Source: Octopus sinensis
Taxonomy: Eukaryota
Direction: 5' to 3'
NCBI RefSeq assembly: GCF_006345805.1
Contig: NC_043017.1
Location: forward strand, 10,354,001-10,418,000
Length of the DNA stretch: 64,000 nucleotides
Positions 13,640 to 26,154 of the stretch are shown here, one piece after another. The number at the start of each line of letters is the position of its first letter. Positions within the stretch are counted from its first letter, which is position 1. The position numbers were made by a program, and so were the translations under genes. The notes under the pieces are model-generated. The model ran no database searches. It had not been told where the DNA came from and saw nothing but the letters and a program-made list of their open reading frames with translations.

Positions 13640-13800
13640 TGTGAAGTATGTGAGGTGAATATATTTATTTAACCATTTGACATCCTTTAGGATTACAGCT
13701 GTTTCGCAGCCTTCATCATGTAATAATAATTTCAGTATTGAATAAATTATCTTACATATCTGCACTAATATGCTACGTATCGTATAATGCAATTGTATTG
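13640..13800 (-). mobile_element. Short repeat with a decayed hammerhead-like motif; second copy at 62640-62770 (+)
   Basis: Minus strand reads tacATGATGAaggctgcGAAACAGCTGTAatcctaaag; 62698-62735 reads tacatgaaaaaggctgtgaaacagctgcaatcctaaag with matching flanks. Confidence 0.6.
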
Positions 13801-14238
13801 TATAATATGTAGCATGCATATATTATATATATAGCATATATATAATATATATAATATATATATATATAAGTGTAAGCACCTGTATACGCCAGCTAGTGGC
13901 AGAGGTGAGAGTGGTTATGAAATTTTACAAATACACTCTCACAGGGAGATATGATATACCTATCATTATGGATAATACGACATGTACCTTTAAGATTTTT
14001 CATAGTTTGATGTAACTCTTTGGAATAACAATTGCATGTGGTTGAAGAGAGCTTTAAACCATCTTTTATGTCGATTATACACTGATGTAAGAATAGGTTG
14101 TTTATAAAGCTTGAAACACGTGTACCACGACAACCTTTGTGTTCTGTTTTTGATTTCATTTGATACATATATATATATATATATATACTGTTTATAAAGC
14201 AAATAAGTAACAAGGATGTCCAATATCATTGTCATTAC

Positions 14239-14338
14239 NNNNNNNNNNNNNNNNNNNNNNNNNNNNNNNNNNNNNNNNNNNNNNNNNNNNNNNNNNNNNN
14301 NNNNNNNNNNNNNNNNNNNNNNNNNNNNNNNNNNNNNN
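14239..14338. other. Assembly gap (100 N, probably a fixed-size placeholder)
   Basis: Exactly 100 n characters. Confidence 1.
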
Positions 14339-14394
14339 AAAAGATGGACCACAGCAAATATTCTGCTCAATACCACAGATTTGCTTGTCACTTG

Positions 14395-14822
14395 TTGACC
14401 GTAACCAGTTGAGCATGTCCCTTAGTGGCTGATGATATGTGCATCTCTGATCACGAGCAGAAGCAGTGGGGGAGCATCATAGTCATGTGTTGAGAGGGAT
14501 TCTTTAGGGTTTGGGTAATTCACCTTTGGAAACATGGGTGTTTCGTTCGACATTCTTAAACAACCCTTATTCAGGGATCTTTTGGGTGGGATGGGCTACT
14601 TGAGCTGAAGAATATTCTAACTGGGGCCCCACCTGCAAGGTCATGTGCTGTTGATCTTGATATGAGATCACCATGTCACATGCATATGGTTGTGATGCAT
14701 GTGCCTGGGGTACCCTTATCAGACGAGTAGTCATGATGGGTATATTGGGCTTTATATAATTATACCCCAGTGTCATTTTGATGGTACGCACTGCTCTTTC
14801 ACTCGACAACAACAACAACAAT
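14395..14822 (+). mobile_element. Unclassified retroposon-like repeat with an (AAC/AAT)n tail
   Basis: Ends ttttgatggtacgcactgctctttcactc+(aac)n; the same 3' end appears as a ~30-nt stub at 1349-1378 (ctttgatggcatgaactgctctctcactc+(aat)n). Confidence 0.65.
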
Positions 14823-14824
14823 AA

Positions 14825-15037
14825 TGGTTTCCAATTTAGCCACAAGGGCAGCAATTTTGGGGGAAGAGAAGAGTCGACTGCATTGATCCCAGTGTTCAAC
14901 TGGTACTTATTTTATTGACCCCAAAAGGATGAAAGGTAAAGCTAGCCGTGGCAGAATTTGAACTCAGAACATAGTGATGGGCGAAATACTGCGAACCATT
15001 TTGCCCAGTGCACTGACGATTCTGCCAGCTCACTGCC
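14825..15037 (-). mobile_element. Family B SINE, (ATT)n-tailed subfamily (B2)
   Basis: Family B head and core followed by ...cccttgtggctaaattggaaaccattatt tail. Confidence 0.82.
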
Positions 15038-15481
15038 ATAATAATAATAATAATAATAATAATGATAATAATAAAAATAATAATGATAATCCACCCCACA
15101 TTTACACCACAAGTAAATAAAATGAGAAGTCAAGAAGTGGAAGATAGAACTTTGCAGTTGGCAAGTAGCTGAGGTCTGAATAAAGAGATAGGAGAGAGCG
15201 TGTGTGTGTGTGTGGGGGGGGGGGGTAGGAAATGGTTAAAAGAAGAGTTAATAAGAGATAAAAACAAAAACAAAATACAAAAAAAAAACAACAGCAATAA
15301 CAACAACAAGAACAGAGCGGAAGCTGAAGCATTAATAAAGGTGGTTGCCCTCTGAGTGTGCTTATGTATGTATGCAAACAAATACCAGTACACACACACA
15401 ACACGTCTAATTATACACATATATTTATGTATAGTGAGCTATTTATGAGTGTGTATATGTGTGGTGTGTGTGTGTGTGTGG

Positions 15482-15740
15482 ATGTGCATGGTTTAGTGGA
15501 TAGGGTATTCAGCTCGCAACTGTAAGCTCAGGAGTTCAATTCCCAGCAGCGCACCATGCCCTTAAGCAAGACACTTTACTTCACCTTGCTCCTGTCCACT
15601 CAGCCGGTAAAAATGAATTGCACCTCCAACTGAAAGGGGACAGCCATGTCACATTCCGTGTCATGCTGAATCTCTCTGAGAACTATGTTAAGGGTACGCA
15701 TGTCCGTGGAGTACTCAACCACTTGCACGTTAATTTCAAG
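15482..15740 (+). mobile_element. Family D tRNA-head SINE with a CORE-like central segment
   Basis: A-box-like tggtttagtgg, B-box-like gagttcaattccc, then ccttaagcaagacactttacttcaccttgctcc; related copy at 34030-34325. Confidence 0.8.
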
Positions 15741-15780
15741 GCACACGCGCGCGCGCACACACACACACACATACATACAC

Positions 15781-16188
15781 TCTTTACTCTTTTACTTGTT
15801 TCAGTCATTTGACTGTGGCCATGCTGGAGCACCGCCTTTAGTCGAGCAAGTCGACTCCAGGACTTATTCTTTCTAAGCCCAGTACTTATTCTATCAGTCT
15901 CTTTTGCTGAACCGCTAGGTTACGGGGACGTAAACACACCAGCATTGGTTGTCAAGCGATGTTGGTGGGGGACAAACACAGACACACAAAGATATACACA
16001 CACATACATATATATACATATATACGCTGGGCTTCTTTCAGTTTCTGTCTACCAAATCCACTCACAAGGCTTTGGTCGGACCGAGGCTATATTAGAAGAC
16101 ATTTGCCCAAGATGCCACGCAGTGGGACTGAACCCGGAACCATGTGGTTGGTAAGCAAGCTACTAACCACACAGCCACTCCTGCACCT
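15781..16188 (-). mobile_element. Family A SINE, full length
   Basis: From aggtgcaggagtggctgtgtgg head to aaacaagtaaaagagtaaaga tail. Confidence 0.93.
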
Positions 16189-17339
16189 ATATATATATAC
16201 GAGTGTACATTGAGATGTGAGTGGGCCAGTGTGCATATGAGCATGAGCATTGATGTGTGCATGCGTGTGAGAGAGTGAATTGTGTGTGTAGGTCTCTCAA
16301 GAATTGACAAGTGGTTAGTTAGCTTGGTATAACAAGTTCAATCCCCACTTTCGGTACAGCATAGCTTGGAGGTCAACACTAATGATACATCATCATCATC
16401 ATTACCATTTAACATCCCAGAGGATTGCACCAGGCTCTACTTTCTGCTTTGTCATGGCTTCTACAGCTGGGTGCCCTTCCTGATGCCGACCACACTGAAT
16501 GGACAGGCTCTAATCCAAATCAAAACAGTTGTTTCCTGCAGAAGCAACATCCGTTAGTTGCTGACTTGTTCAAATTATAATATTTTAGAAATATTATATA
16601 AACATGACACAGTAATATCTATGTTTTTGCATGCCATCAGGTCAGTGGCTTTGAAAGCACTGCTATTATATATCATCATCATCATTGTTGTTTAATGTCC
16701 ACTTTCCATGCTGGCATGGGTTGGATGGTTTGACTGATGAGTGGCAAGCCAGAACATAATCTGATCTGGCAAGGTTTCTACAACTGGATGCCCTTCCTAA
16801 CACCAATCACTCAGAGTGTAATGCATGAAAGATTAAAGTATAATAGAGGGATAGGGATAAAAAAAGAGCCTTGCTATAGAAGGGATACATGCTTACTCTA
16901 GTTTGGGAGAAGGGAGATGCTGGTGGTGGAGGGACATACCTTCAAGGAACAGTGGAGAGAGAGGGGGGGAATTTAAGTGAAGTGGTACAGAGGATTGGGC
17001 AGAGTGAGTGGGCAGGTGGGGGATAGTGTGGGGGAGTTTCATAAGAGTGTGAAGAGAGATGGTTAGAGATACAGGAGTGTCTGAGAGGGGTTATGGTGGA
17101 TATGTGAAGGCACTGAGAGTGACTGCAGATAAGAGAAGTATTAAGGATGGAGTATAGCAGAGATGGCGGGGGGGGGGGGCATACATATATGCAGAAACAT
17201 ATATACATGCACACACACCCACACACTTACAGATAGAGGAAATGGCGAAAGGAGAGAAGGAAATATAGATAGGTAGGTAGATGGATAGATTGATAGATAA
17301 AAAGGGCGGATAGATACAAAAGTAGATGAATACATGTGT

Positions 17340-17467
17340 GTGTGTGTGTGTGTGTTGTGTTGTGTGTGTGTTGTGTGTGTGTGTGTGTGTATGTTGTGTG
17401 CGTATGTATGTATGTATATATATATATGTGTGTGTGTGTCTGTGTGTGTTGTGTTGTGTATGTATGT

Positions 17468-17503
<36 letters not shown>

Positions 17504-17551
17504 TTATATATAAAAGTGAAATTGTGTGTCTGTCTCCTACGATTTAGATTC

Positions 17552-17594
<43 letters not shown>

Positions 17595-17783
17595 TTGTGT
17601 TGTGTGTGTGTTGTGTGTGTGTCTGTGTGTGTGTGTATGTTGTGTGCGTATGTATGTATGTATATATATATGTGTGTGTGTGTCTGTGTGTGTTGTGTTG
17701 TGTATGTATGTATACATATATATATATATATATCTTTATATATAAAAGTGAAATTGTGTGTCTGTCTCCTACGATTTAGATTC

Positions 17784-17818
<35 letters not shown>
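17340..17818. repeat. ~232-bp tandem duplication of microsatellites plus a Helitron-like 5' stub
   Basis: tctttatatataaaagtgaaattgtgtgtctgtctcctacgatttagattcc occurs at ~17501 and ~17732. Confidence 0.88.
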
Positions 17819-17820
<2 letters not shown>

Positions 17821-18073
17821 ATTTAATATACACAGTATATAAATATGAGAAGCTAATAGTTTCATGCTGTGGAAGCACAATAATCCAGTAGATTTCTATA
17901 TCATGCCTTGTGTCTGCAAGCAATTCTCCCAGCTCAACCAGCCATGTTGTGTATCGAAGCTTGAGAGACTTCTCACAGTCACAAGGCATGATATGTAAAT
18001 CTGAGGGATTATTCTGTTTCCACAGCATGAAACTATCAGGAGCTCAGAATTAAAAACTGAATATATTAAATGA
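17819..18073. repeat. Gapless imperfect foldback, ~116-bp arms and ~23-nt loop
   Basis: Arms pair at a constant coordinate sum of 35892; perfect 19-bp (atagtttcatgctgtggaa) and 15-bp (atatcatgccttgtg) blocks. Confidence 0.93.
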
Positions 18074-18158
18074 TTGTCTTTCACTAGATGACATACTTTT
18101 CCCTACTGATCCTACAAATTAAGTTACAGTAAACTATATGTATATATATGTGTATATA

Positions 18159-18390
18159 GGCGGCGAGCTGGCAGAACCGTTAGCACGCTGGGCGAAATGC
18201 GTAGCCGTATTTCGTCTGCCGTTACGTTCTGGGTTCAAATTCCGCCGAGGTCGACTTTGCCTTTCATCCTTTCGGGGTCGATAAATTAAGTACCAGTTAC
18301 GCACTGGGGTTGATGTAATCGACTTAATCCGTTTGTCTGTCCTTATTTGTCCCCTCTGTGTTTAGCCCCCTTGTGGGTAATAAAGAAATA
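18159..18390 (+). mobile_element. Family B SINE, full length
   Basis: ggcggcgagctggcagaa head, B-box gggttcaaattcc, core ctttcatcctttcggggtcgataaattaagtacc, tail ccccttgtgggtaataaagaaata. Confidence 0.95.
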
Positions 18391-18418
18391 TATATGTATG
18401 TATATGTGTGTGTGGTGT

Positions 18419-18640
18419 GGACATTGTGTAGAGCTGAAAAAGAGGCAATTTCTACTCTTCTTCTCTAGAAGCCATCTACTCGCAATGCCAGAGGGTGCAC
18501 ACTCTCCTACCCTGATGTAATCTCCAGGGATACAGGCATCCAGCAACAGGACCTCCGTAATGCTATGATGGACCGTGAAGCCTGGCGTAGCATGGTAAAT
18601 TCCATTGTCTCGACCACGGTCGAACAATGATGATGATGAT
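18419..18640 (+). mobile_element. Short 3' copy of the RTE-X-like LINE
   Basis: Near-identical to 8807-9030, ending gaacaatgatgatgat. Confidence 0.93.
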
Positions 18641-18667
18641 TGTCTGTGTGTGAGTGTTTGTGTGTGT

Positions 18668-19110
18668 GTGTGCTGCAGGGCAGTGAAACATGGGCTGTGA
18701 CAGCCGAGGACATGTGTAGGCTTCAAAAAAGATGAAGCCTGCATGCTCGACAGAGTGTAAGCATCTTGAGAGAAAAGTTAGGCACAAGAGGCATCAGATG
18801 TGGTGTGCAGGAGAGACAACTGTGCTGGTATGGTCATGTGATGAATATGGATGAGGACAGCTGTGTAAAGAAGTGCCAATCTCTGTGGTGGGAACTTGTG
18901 GTAGAGGTAGACCAAGACATGAGACAAGGTGATGAAGCATGATCTTCGAAATTTGAGCCTCACAGAGGCAATGATTGGTGACCGAAACCTTTGGTGATAC
19001 GCTGTGATTGAGAGGACCCATCAAACCAAGTGCACCCATGCCGGTGGCATGTAAAAGCACCCATTACATTCTTGGAGTGGTTGGCATTACAAAGGGCATC
19101 CAGCTTTGTA
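18668..19110 (+). mobile_element. RTE-clade LINE ORF C-terminus running into family C 3' UTR sequence
   Basis: VLQGSETWAVTAEDMCRL...LREKLGTRGIRCGVQERQLCWYGHVMNMDEDSCVKKC...GRGRPR...DRNLW, then gccggtggcatgtaaaagcaccc...aagggcatccagc. Confidence 0.88.
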
Positions 19111-19116
19111 GGTGGA

Positions 19117-19431
19117 TTTGGTAGACGGAAACTGAAAGAAGCCCATCGTATATATATATATATATAGTCCAACCCATGCTAGCATGGAAAACGAACGTTA
19201 AACGATGATGATGATGATGATGATTTGTGTGTTTGTGTCTGTGTTTGTCCCCCACCATTGCTTGACAACCGATGTTGGCGTGTCTACATCCTTGTAACTT
19301 AGCGGTTCAGCAAAAGAGACGAACAGAATAAATACCAGGCTTACAAAGAATAAGACCTGGGGTTGATTTCTTTGACTATAAGGCAGTGCACCAGCATGGT
19401 CGCAGTCAAATGACTGAAACAAATAAAAGAG
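19117..19431 (+). mobile_element. 5'-truncated family A SINE carrying a family C tail in its internal (TA)n
   Basis: gtggatttggtagacgg...(ta)n|gtccaacccatgctagc...gatgat|ttgtgtgtttgtgtctg... Confidence 0.88.
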
Positions 19432-19448
19432 TAATATACATATATATA

Positions 19449-19635
19449 TGGCACGTAAAAAGCACCCACTACACTCACGGCGTGGTTGGCGTTAGGAAGG
19501 GCATCCAGCCGTAGAAACACTGCCAGATCTGACTGGGCCTGATGAAGCCTTCCAGCTTCACAGACCCCAGTTGAACCGTCCAACCCATGCTAGCATGGAA
19601 AACGGACGCTAAATGATGATGATGATGATGATGAT
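19449..19635 (+). mobile_element. Family C (RTE 3' UTR) fragment
   Basis: ggcacgtaaaaagcaccc...ggaagggcatccagccgtagaaac...(gat)n, within (TA)n. Confidence 0.92.
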
Positions 19636-19819
19636 ATATATGTATAGTTTCTCATTTTGTGTCTCTGTAGGTAAACCAATATTTGCAAAACTTTGAAGTT
19701 AATACCAGACTTTTAAAATAAACTTTAATTGTACATTATTTAATGAGTTTGCTCAGTTAATGCTTGCTTGTATTTCATTTATTAAGGAGGGATGGAAGGC
19801 AGGAAGGAAAGTAAATAAA

Positions 19820-19850
<31 letters not shown>

Positions 19851-20104
19851 CAGACGGACAGACATGATGCAAAACAATTGTACATAAATGTAGGCCAAGA
19901 TATTTTAATGATTCAATGAATCATTTCATATAATGTTGAAATACTACACCATACATGAATAATGAATATGTGTGTGCGTGTGTGAATGGTTAAGAAGTTT
20001 GCTTTGCAACAGCAATAGTTCTAGGTTCAATCCCCACTGTATGACACCCTGGGCAGAAAGTGGAATTCAACTGGCATTGACAGAATGTGGCGTGTCTGTG
20101 TATG

Positions 20105-20820
20105 TACACACACATACATACGCACATATATGTATGTATATTATATACACATACATACGCACATATATGTATGTATATTATACACACATACATATGCACA
20201 TATATGTATGTTATTAATACCACATACATATGCACACATATGTATGTGTAATATTATACACACATACATATGCACATATATGTATGTATATTATACACAC
20301 ATACATATGCACATATATGTATGTATATTATACACACATACATACGCACATATATGTATGTATATTATACACACATACATATGCACATATATGTATGTAT
20401 ATTATACACACATACACACGCACATATATGTATGTATATTATACACACATACATATGCACATATATGTATGTATATTATACACACATACATACGCACATA
20501 TATGTATGTATATTATACACACATACATACGCACATATATGTATGTATATTATACACACATATATATGCACATATATGTATGTATATTATACACATATAC
20601 ACACGCACATATATGTATGTACATTATACACACATACATACACACATATATGTATGTACATTATACACACATACATACGCACATATATGTATGTATATTA
20701 TACACACATACATACGCACATATATGTATGTATATTACACACACATACATATGCACATATATGTATGTATATTATACACACATACATACGCACATATACG
20801 TATGTACATTATACACACAT
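20105..20820. repeat. 37-bp minisatellite, about 19 copies
   Basis: Unit tgtatgtatattatacacacatacatatgcacatata; produces the 37-aa periodicity in ORFs 20085..20879 and 20230..21021. Confidence 0.95.
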
Positions 20821-21321
20821 ACAGAGTATCCTCATCATTTAAGATCCATTTTCCATGCTGGCAAGAATCATGGGTTTGATGGTTTGACAAGCTTGAAGAG
20901 CCAAATCAGGCCCTCAACATCAGCAGAGGCAGGGCTTACAAAGCTGGATGCTCTTCCTGGTGACATACACACACACACACCATGTAAGGAGAATTCCCAT
21001 CATGCAAATACATCCTCGTAGTAATTCAGAATCTGTGAATGAAGATTCCTTAAAAGGGAAATTAAAGAAATATTTACGGTTGAAAGGTTAAGAGTGGACT
21101 GAAGAACGTTAAGGTTAGTCTTTTGACTAAGGTTAGTCTCCCCTGCTCTCTCTCTCAAGCTGTAATGGTTGATAATACAGAGGCTTAGTTAACTATCATC
21201 TCAGTAAAATCCTCTGAAGATACAGGGAAATTTGGAATGTAGATTCTTAGGATATGTCACTAGCTTCAGCTGAATCTTTTGATCCCATACTGAAATAAAA
21301 GATTAAAATGTGCTTTAGATA

Positions 21322-21712
21322 GGCGCAGGAGTGGCTGTGTGGTAAGTAGCTTGCCTACCAACCACGTGGTTCCGGGTTCAGTCCCACTACGTGGCATCTT
21401 GGGCAAGTGTCTTCTGCTATAGCCCCGGGCCGACCAACGCCTTGTCAGTGGATTTGGTAGACGGAAACTGAAAAAAGCCTCGTGTGTGTTTGTGTGTCTG
21501 TGTTTGTCCCCCTAGCATTGCTTAACAACCGATGCTGGTGTGTTTACGTCCCCGTCACTTAGCGGTTCGGCAAAAGATACCGATAGAATAAGTACTGGGC
21601 TTACTAAGAATAAGTCCCGGGGTCGATTTCCTTGACTAAAGGCGGTGCTCCAGCATGGCTGCAGTCAAATGACTGAAACAAGTAAAAGAGTAAAAAAAAA
21701 AAAAGAGTAAAG
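21322..21712 (+). mobile_element. Family A SINE, full length (tRNA-like head, CORE-like cttgggcaagtgtctt segment, internal microsatellite, (aaagagt)n tail)
   Basis: ggcgcaggagtggctgtgtggtaag...gggttcagtccc...cttgggcaagtg...tgactgaaacaagtaaaagagt. Confidence 0.95.
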
Positions 21713-21734
21713 ATAATTATCATGTGAAAATGCA

Positions 21735-22020
21735 TGAGCTAGTGGTTAGAGTATTGCCCTCACAACCACTAGATCATGGGTTCATTTCCTGAACCTCGAG
21801 GTACATTGTGGGCTTGAGCAAAACACACCATTTCCATTTCTCCAGTTCATTCAGCAGTAAATGGAGAACACTGCAATGGACTAGCTTTCCAATGCAGGGG
21901 AACGTTGGCTTGCTCACCGAGCCAGTGCAGTGGCATCATTCGAAAGCTAAAAACAATGTAAAGCGCAGTGTGACCAGTGATGTATAACATCTGATACTCT
22001 GGTCAACCACATGATCTTAG
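21735..22020 (+). mobile_element. Family D-related SINE with an alternative tail; related copy at 25625-25880
   Basis: tRNA-like head plus shared tail tcattcgaaagctaaaacaatg...gtgaccagtgatgtataac. Confidence 0.7.
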
Positions 22021-22875
22021 AGTAAAAAGGATTTGTTTGTGTGCAGAACTATAATAGTTTCAGAAGTAGAAATATTTGAGATAATTTTTGTGAGGCTGCC
22101 AGACATCCAGCAAGAGGAGGTAACCAGAAATAGGAGAGTAATCCCTGGATGAATCTATGATCTCCCTTGACTGCTTTGGATTTTAACCCAGTAATCACAC
22201 AATCAATACTATTCCACATGGCTTAGTGAGGAGATAACATATACAATTATACTATCTACAATGTATTTACCAATAACAATATTTGCTTTGATTGAGTTAA
22301 TAAGTTGAGGAAGGGCTGAAAGTTCTTCTTATGATCTTTCAAAGTGAAGTATGAGTTTTAGTGAGTCTTACGTCTTTTTTTGCCATCTGCCTCAGTCACT
22401 GGACTGCGCCCATGCTGGAGCACCATGCTGAACAGATGAGCCAATCAAATCAATCCTAGAATACATTTTAAGTCTGGTATCTAATCAATTAGGTTCTCTT
22501 TTGTTGAACCACAAAGTCATGAGGATGTGGACAAGTCAAAAGCAAGTGTTGTAAAACAAACACAAGCAAGCACCACACACACACACACACACACACACAA
22601 CTCTTCCTTTCTCCTACCCACGCTAATCTCCTCTCTCCACACATACATATGTATATACACATACATACGTATATACACATACATACATGAAACTCATTAT
22701 ACTTTATTAAATAATGTAATGTAATCAATCGTCTGTGTGTGCATATATATATATATATATATCTTATACATTATATATATATATATATATCTTATACATA
22801 TATATATATATATCTTATACATTATATATATATATATATTATATATCTTATACATTATATATATATATCTTATAC

Positions 22876-22938
<63 letters not shown>

Positions 22939-24730
22939 TAAATGTATGAAAGTATGTACACATGCACACAAGTGTGTGTGTGTGTCACACAAACACGTAT
23001 TTATTTATTTTCATGAAATAAAATTTTAATTAAGGATGTTGGGCTTCCTTATAGGGTTGGGTGTGTGGTGACATGGTGGGGGTGGGGAAGTGCATTTGAA
23101 GAAACAGAGTACAGTGTCAGACTGAGGGGTGGGGGAGCAGGATAGTGCACATATGTGGGTGGTGGGTATAAAGGGGTGTACAAGTGATGGTTATGTATGG
23201 AGAGTAACTGTGGAGAAGGCACACTGTGTGTTTATGAACGGGGGAGGGGGAGGGGAAAGTACATACAAGGTTGGCTGTATATTGTGAGGTGTGTATATAT
23301 GTACACACACATATATATATAAGCTCATATATACATACGTACATACATACACACACAACATAAATACTGACAAAATATACTGTTATACCTATGGTTCATA
23401 CATTATATGTAATATATACAATACAGTTTATGTACAGTATATACAGAAGATAGATATATAATATATATGATATATAAAAAACATAATATATATAAAATCT
23501 CAAACTAAACCTCTGACTTAATCATCATCATCATCATCATCATTACATAACTGAAGGAGAAGCTGATCACCATCTTCCCCCTCCTCCCCTTCACCCATTA
23601 CAATTTTTATAATCAATGGTGATTTTAGGTGATTAGTCTTGGCTACCAACAGGATTTACATCCCTCGTGTAATTTGAACTCTGAACTCACAACATAAAGA
23701 GCCAGAACAAATACCAACAAGGCATGTAATGTCGTCCATAACTCTAACGACATGATTTGTCAATCTATCAGCCTCGGGGCCTGAGCTGGTGTCGATCTGT
23801 CATGAAAGGATGAATGTGTTGCAAATTTGATGAAGCCAGTGGGATGTGAACTTAGACAATAAAGAGCCAGAATAAATACCAAAAGGCATGACATTTTTAT
23901 TTGATGCTTTTACAACACTGCGCCAATTTACCAGTTTTAGACAGTGGCACAGCCAGAATGTGTGCCACCCCAGTTGGCTCTTGAATTTGCCACCCTCTCA
24001 CCCTCTCCCATCCAGGCCCTCCACTTCTATACAGGCTTATACAGCAAACTCAAAGGTGCCTCCCACTAAAAGCATCTCCTGGGGTAGACTGCCACCCCCA
24101 CCATTTGCTTACACACACACACACACACACAGCTACGCTACGGGCTTTAGAACTGGCTCCAATAAATGTGATTGGTTTATTTATCTACAGGTCAAAAAGT
24201 GTGATTATGCAATGATGACTAGGGCCAAACAACAACAGCAGCAACAACAACAACAACAAGTCTCGAATACTCAAATTGATTATCAACAGGTTGAAAGGTG
24301 GAATAATGCAAACAACAACAACAACACGACTATATTAAACATCAGTTTGAAACAGTTAAGTGTCAATGAATTCTGCAGTTACAGAACGAAAAAAATATAA
24401 CATAAAATAAAATAAAATAAAATAAAATAAAAAACATCTGATTTGGTTAATTGTGGTCTTAATTTCTGCTTCAATGAATAAATCTAATTAATCTACCTAT
24501 AAAAAAAAAAAAAAAAGAAATCAACAAAAAAAAAAGACAATATATGTAATATGTGTGTGCTCTCGTTAAAAGAAGCAGGATTTGCTGTTGTAACAAGCTG
24601 ATGGGTTTACATGTAAAACTGGAACAATCCCGGGGATTAAATATTCATGTTTGATATTTCAAAAGTATACATGCACATGCAAGCACACATATACACGTGT
24701 AAATGCTTATATGCAGTTATAGATATATAT

Positions 24731-24966
24731 GTTTCTTTATTACCCACAAGGGGCTATACACAGAGGGGACAAACAAGGACAGACAGAAGGATTAGGTCGA
24801 TTACATCGACCCCAGTGCGAAACTGGTACTTTCTCTATCGACCCCGAAAGGATGAAAGGCAAAGTGTCGACCTCGGCGGAACTTGAACTCGGAACGTAAC
24901 GGCAGACGAAATACAGCTACGCATTTCGCCCGGCGTGCTAACGTTTCTGCCAGCTCGTCACCTTCT
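24731..24966 (-). mobile_element. Family B SINE, full length, with target-site duplication
   Basis: 17-bp direct repeat cagttatagatatatat at 24714-24730 and 24967-24983. Confidence 0.94.
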
Positions 24967-25893
24967 CAGTTATAGATATATATATATATACATACACACA
25001 CATACATACATGCATACATATACATATGCAAACACACACATGTATACACTTATATATACATGCACACATATGCTTATATATATATATTTATACATGCATA
25101 TTACATGTTCACACACACAAAACTGAAAGACCGCTGCAATAAGTGTGTGACTCTGAGAAGGGGATATACTAATCAAAATCACAATTAGTCCTCTTCGATT
25201 TTCTTTTCCCCAGAGCCAGGAACTTCTCAACATCCTCTCATACATATACAGGGGGAAAAAATATATGTTGGATGGGGAAAAAAAAAAGGTCTAATGAAAA
25301 CAATAGGAAAATAAATAAATGAAATTTTATATTGGGATTCCCTGTATTAGGCAAACAGAATATTTTACAGGTTACAGTCATTGGAGTGTGGCCATGCTGG
25401 GGCACTGCCAACAAAGAGTAGGGGAGAAAGGGTATCTGAACATAAGTCCAGTATTTATTTTATTACATGAGTGTAAACATAAACACGAATATATACACAC
25501 ATATATATGAATATATTATATACACACACCAATGCAAATACATGTATACACAAAAAATTATTTATATACACATATATATATATACTTATATACATACATA
25601 TCTATGTGTGTGTGTGTATACATGTGAAGGCACATGGCCTAGTGGTTAGGTGTGTTGCACTCACAATTGTAAGAGAATGGTTTCAATTCCCAGAATGCCT
25701 CAACATTATATCTTTGATCAAAATACTTTATTTCACATTGCTCCAGCCCACTGAGCTGTAAATGGGAAACCCTGCTCGCCTAGCCAGTGAGGTGGAATCA
25801 TTCAAAAGCTAAAACAATGCAAAGCACATTGTGACCAGTGATGTATAACAACATCTAATAGCCTGGTCGGTCATATGATATATATATGTATAT

Positions 25894-25938
<45 letters not shown>

Positions 25939-26037
25939 ATAACAATGGGTAAAATTAATTAATAAGAAGTAATCAATAATTTCACCAAGTAGAATTCGGC
26001 ATGAAAAAAAGGACCATTTCACGGTAAACTTAAGTAA

Positions 26038-26154
26038 TACTTAATAATTAGGGTTCCCTTTTTAAAGTAGAAGAAATAGCTAAGGTTTTGGCTGCTATTT
26101 CTAAACTTCGGTATGTGGTAAAGCAAATCTTTGCTGAACCCTAATTATTAAGTA
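26038..26154. repeat. Small foldback with perfect 19-bp terminal inverted repeats and an inner 9-bp stem
   Basis: tacttaataattagggttc / gaaccctaattattaagta; inner agaaatagc / gctatttct. Confidence 0.85.

Noticed and set aside
15482-15560. tRNA-like A/B boxes here and in the family A/B heads
   Set aside because: These are SINE heads, not cloverleaf tRNA genes.
23040-23260. G-run cluster with quadruplex potential
   Set aside because: Loops are long and irregular, and there is no independent evidence of function.
23888-24400. 170-aa ORF with poly-Q/poly-N and an apparent acceptor at ~24192
   Set aside because: No recognisable domain; Q/N runs derive from (CAA)n; includes a (CA)n translation.
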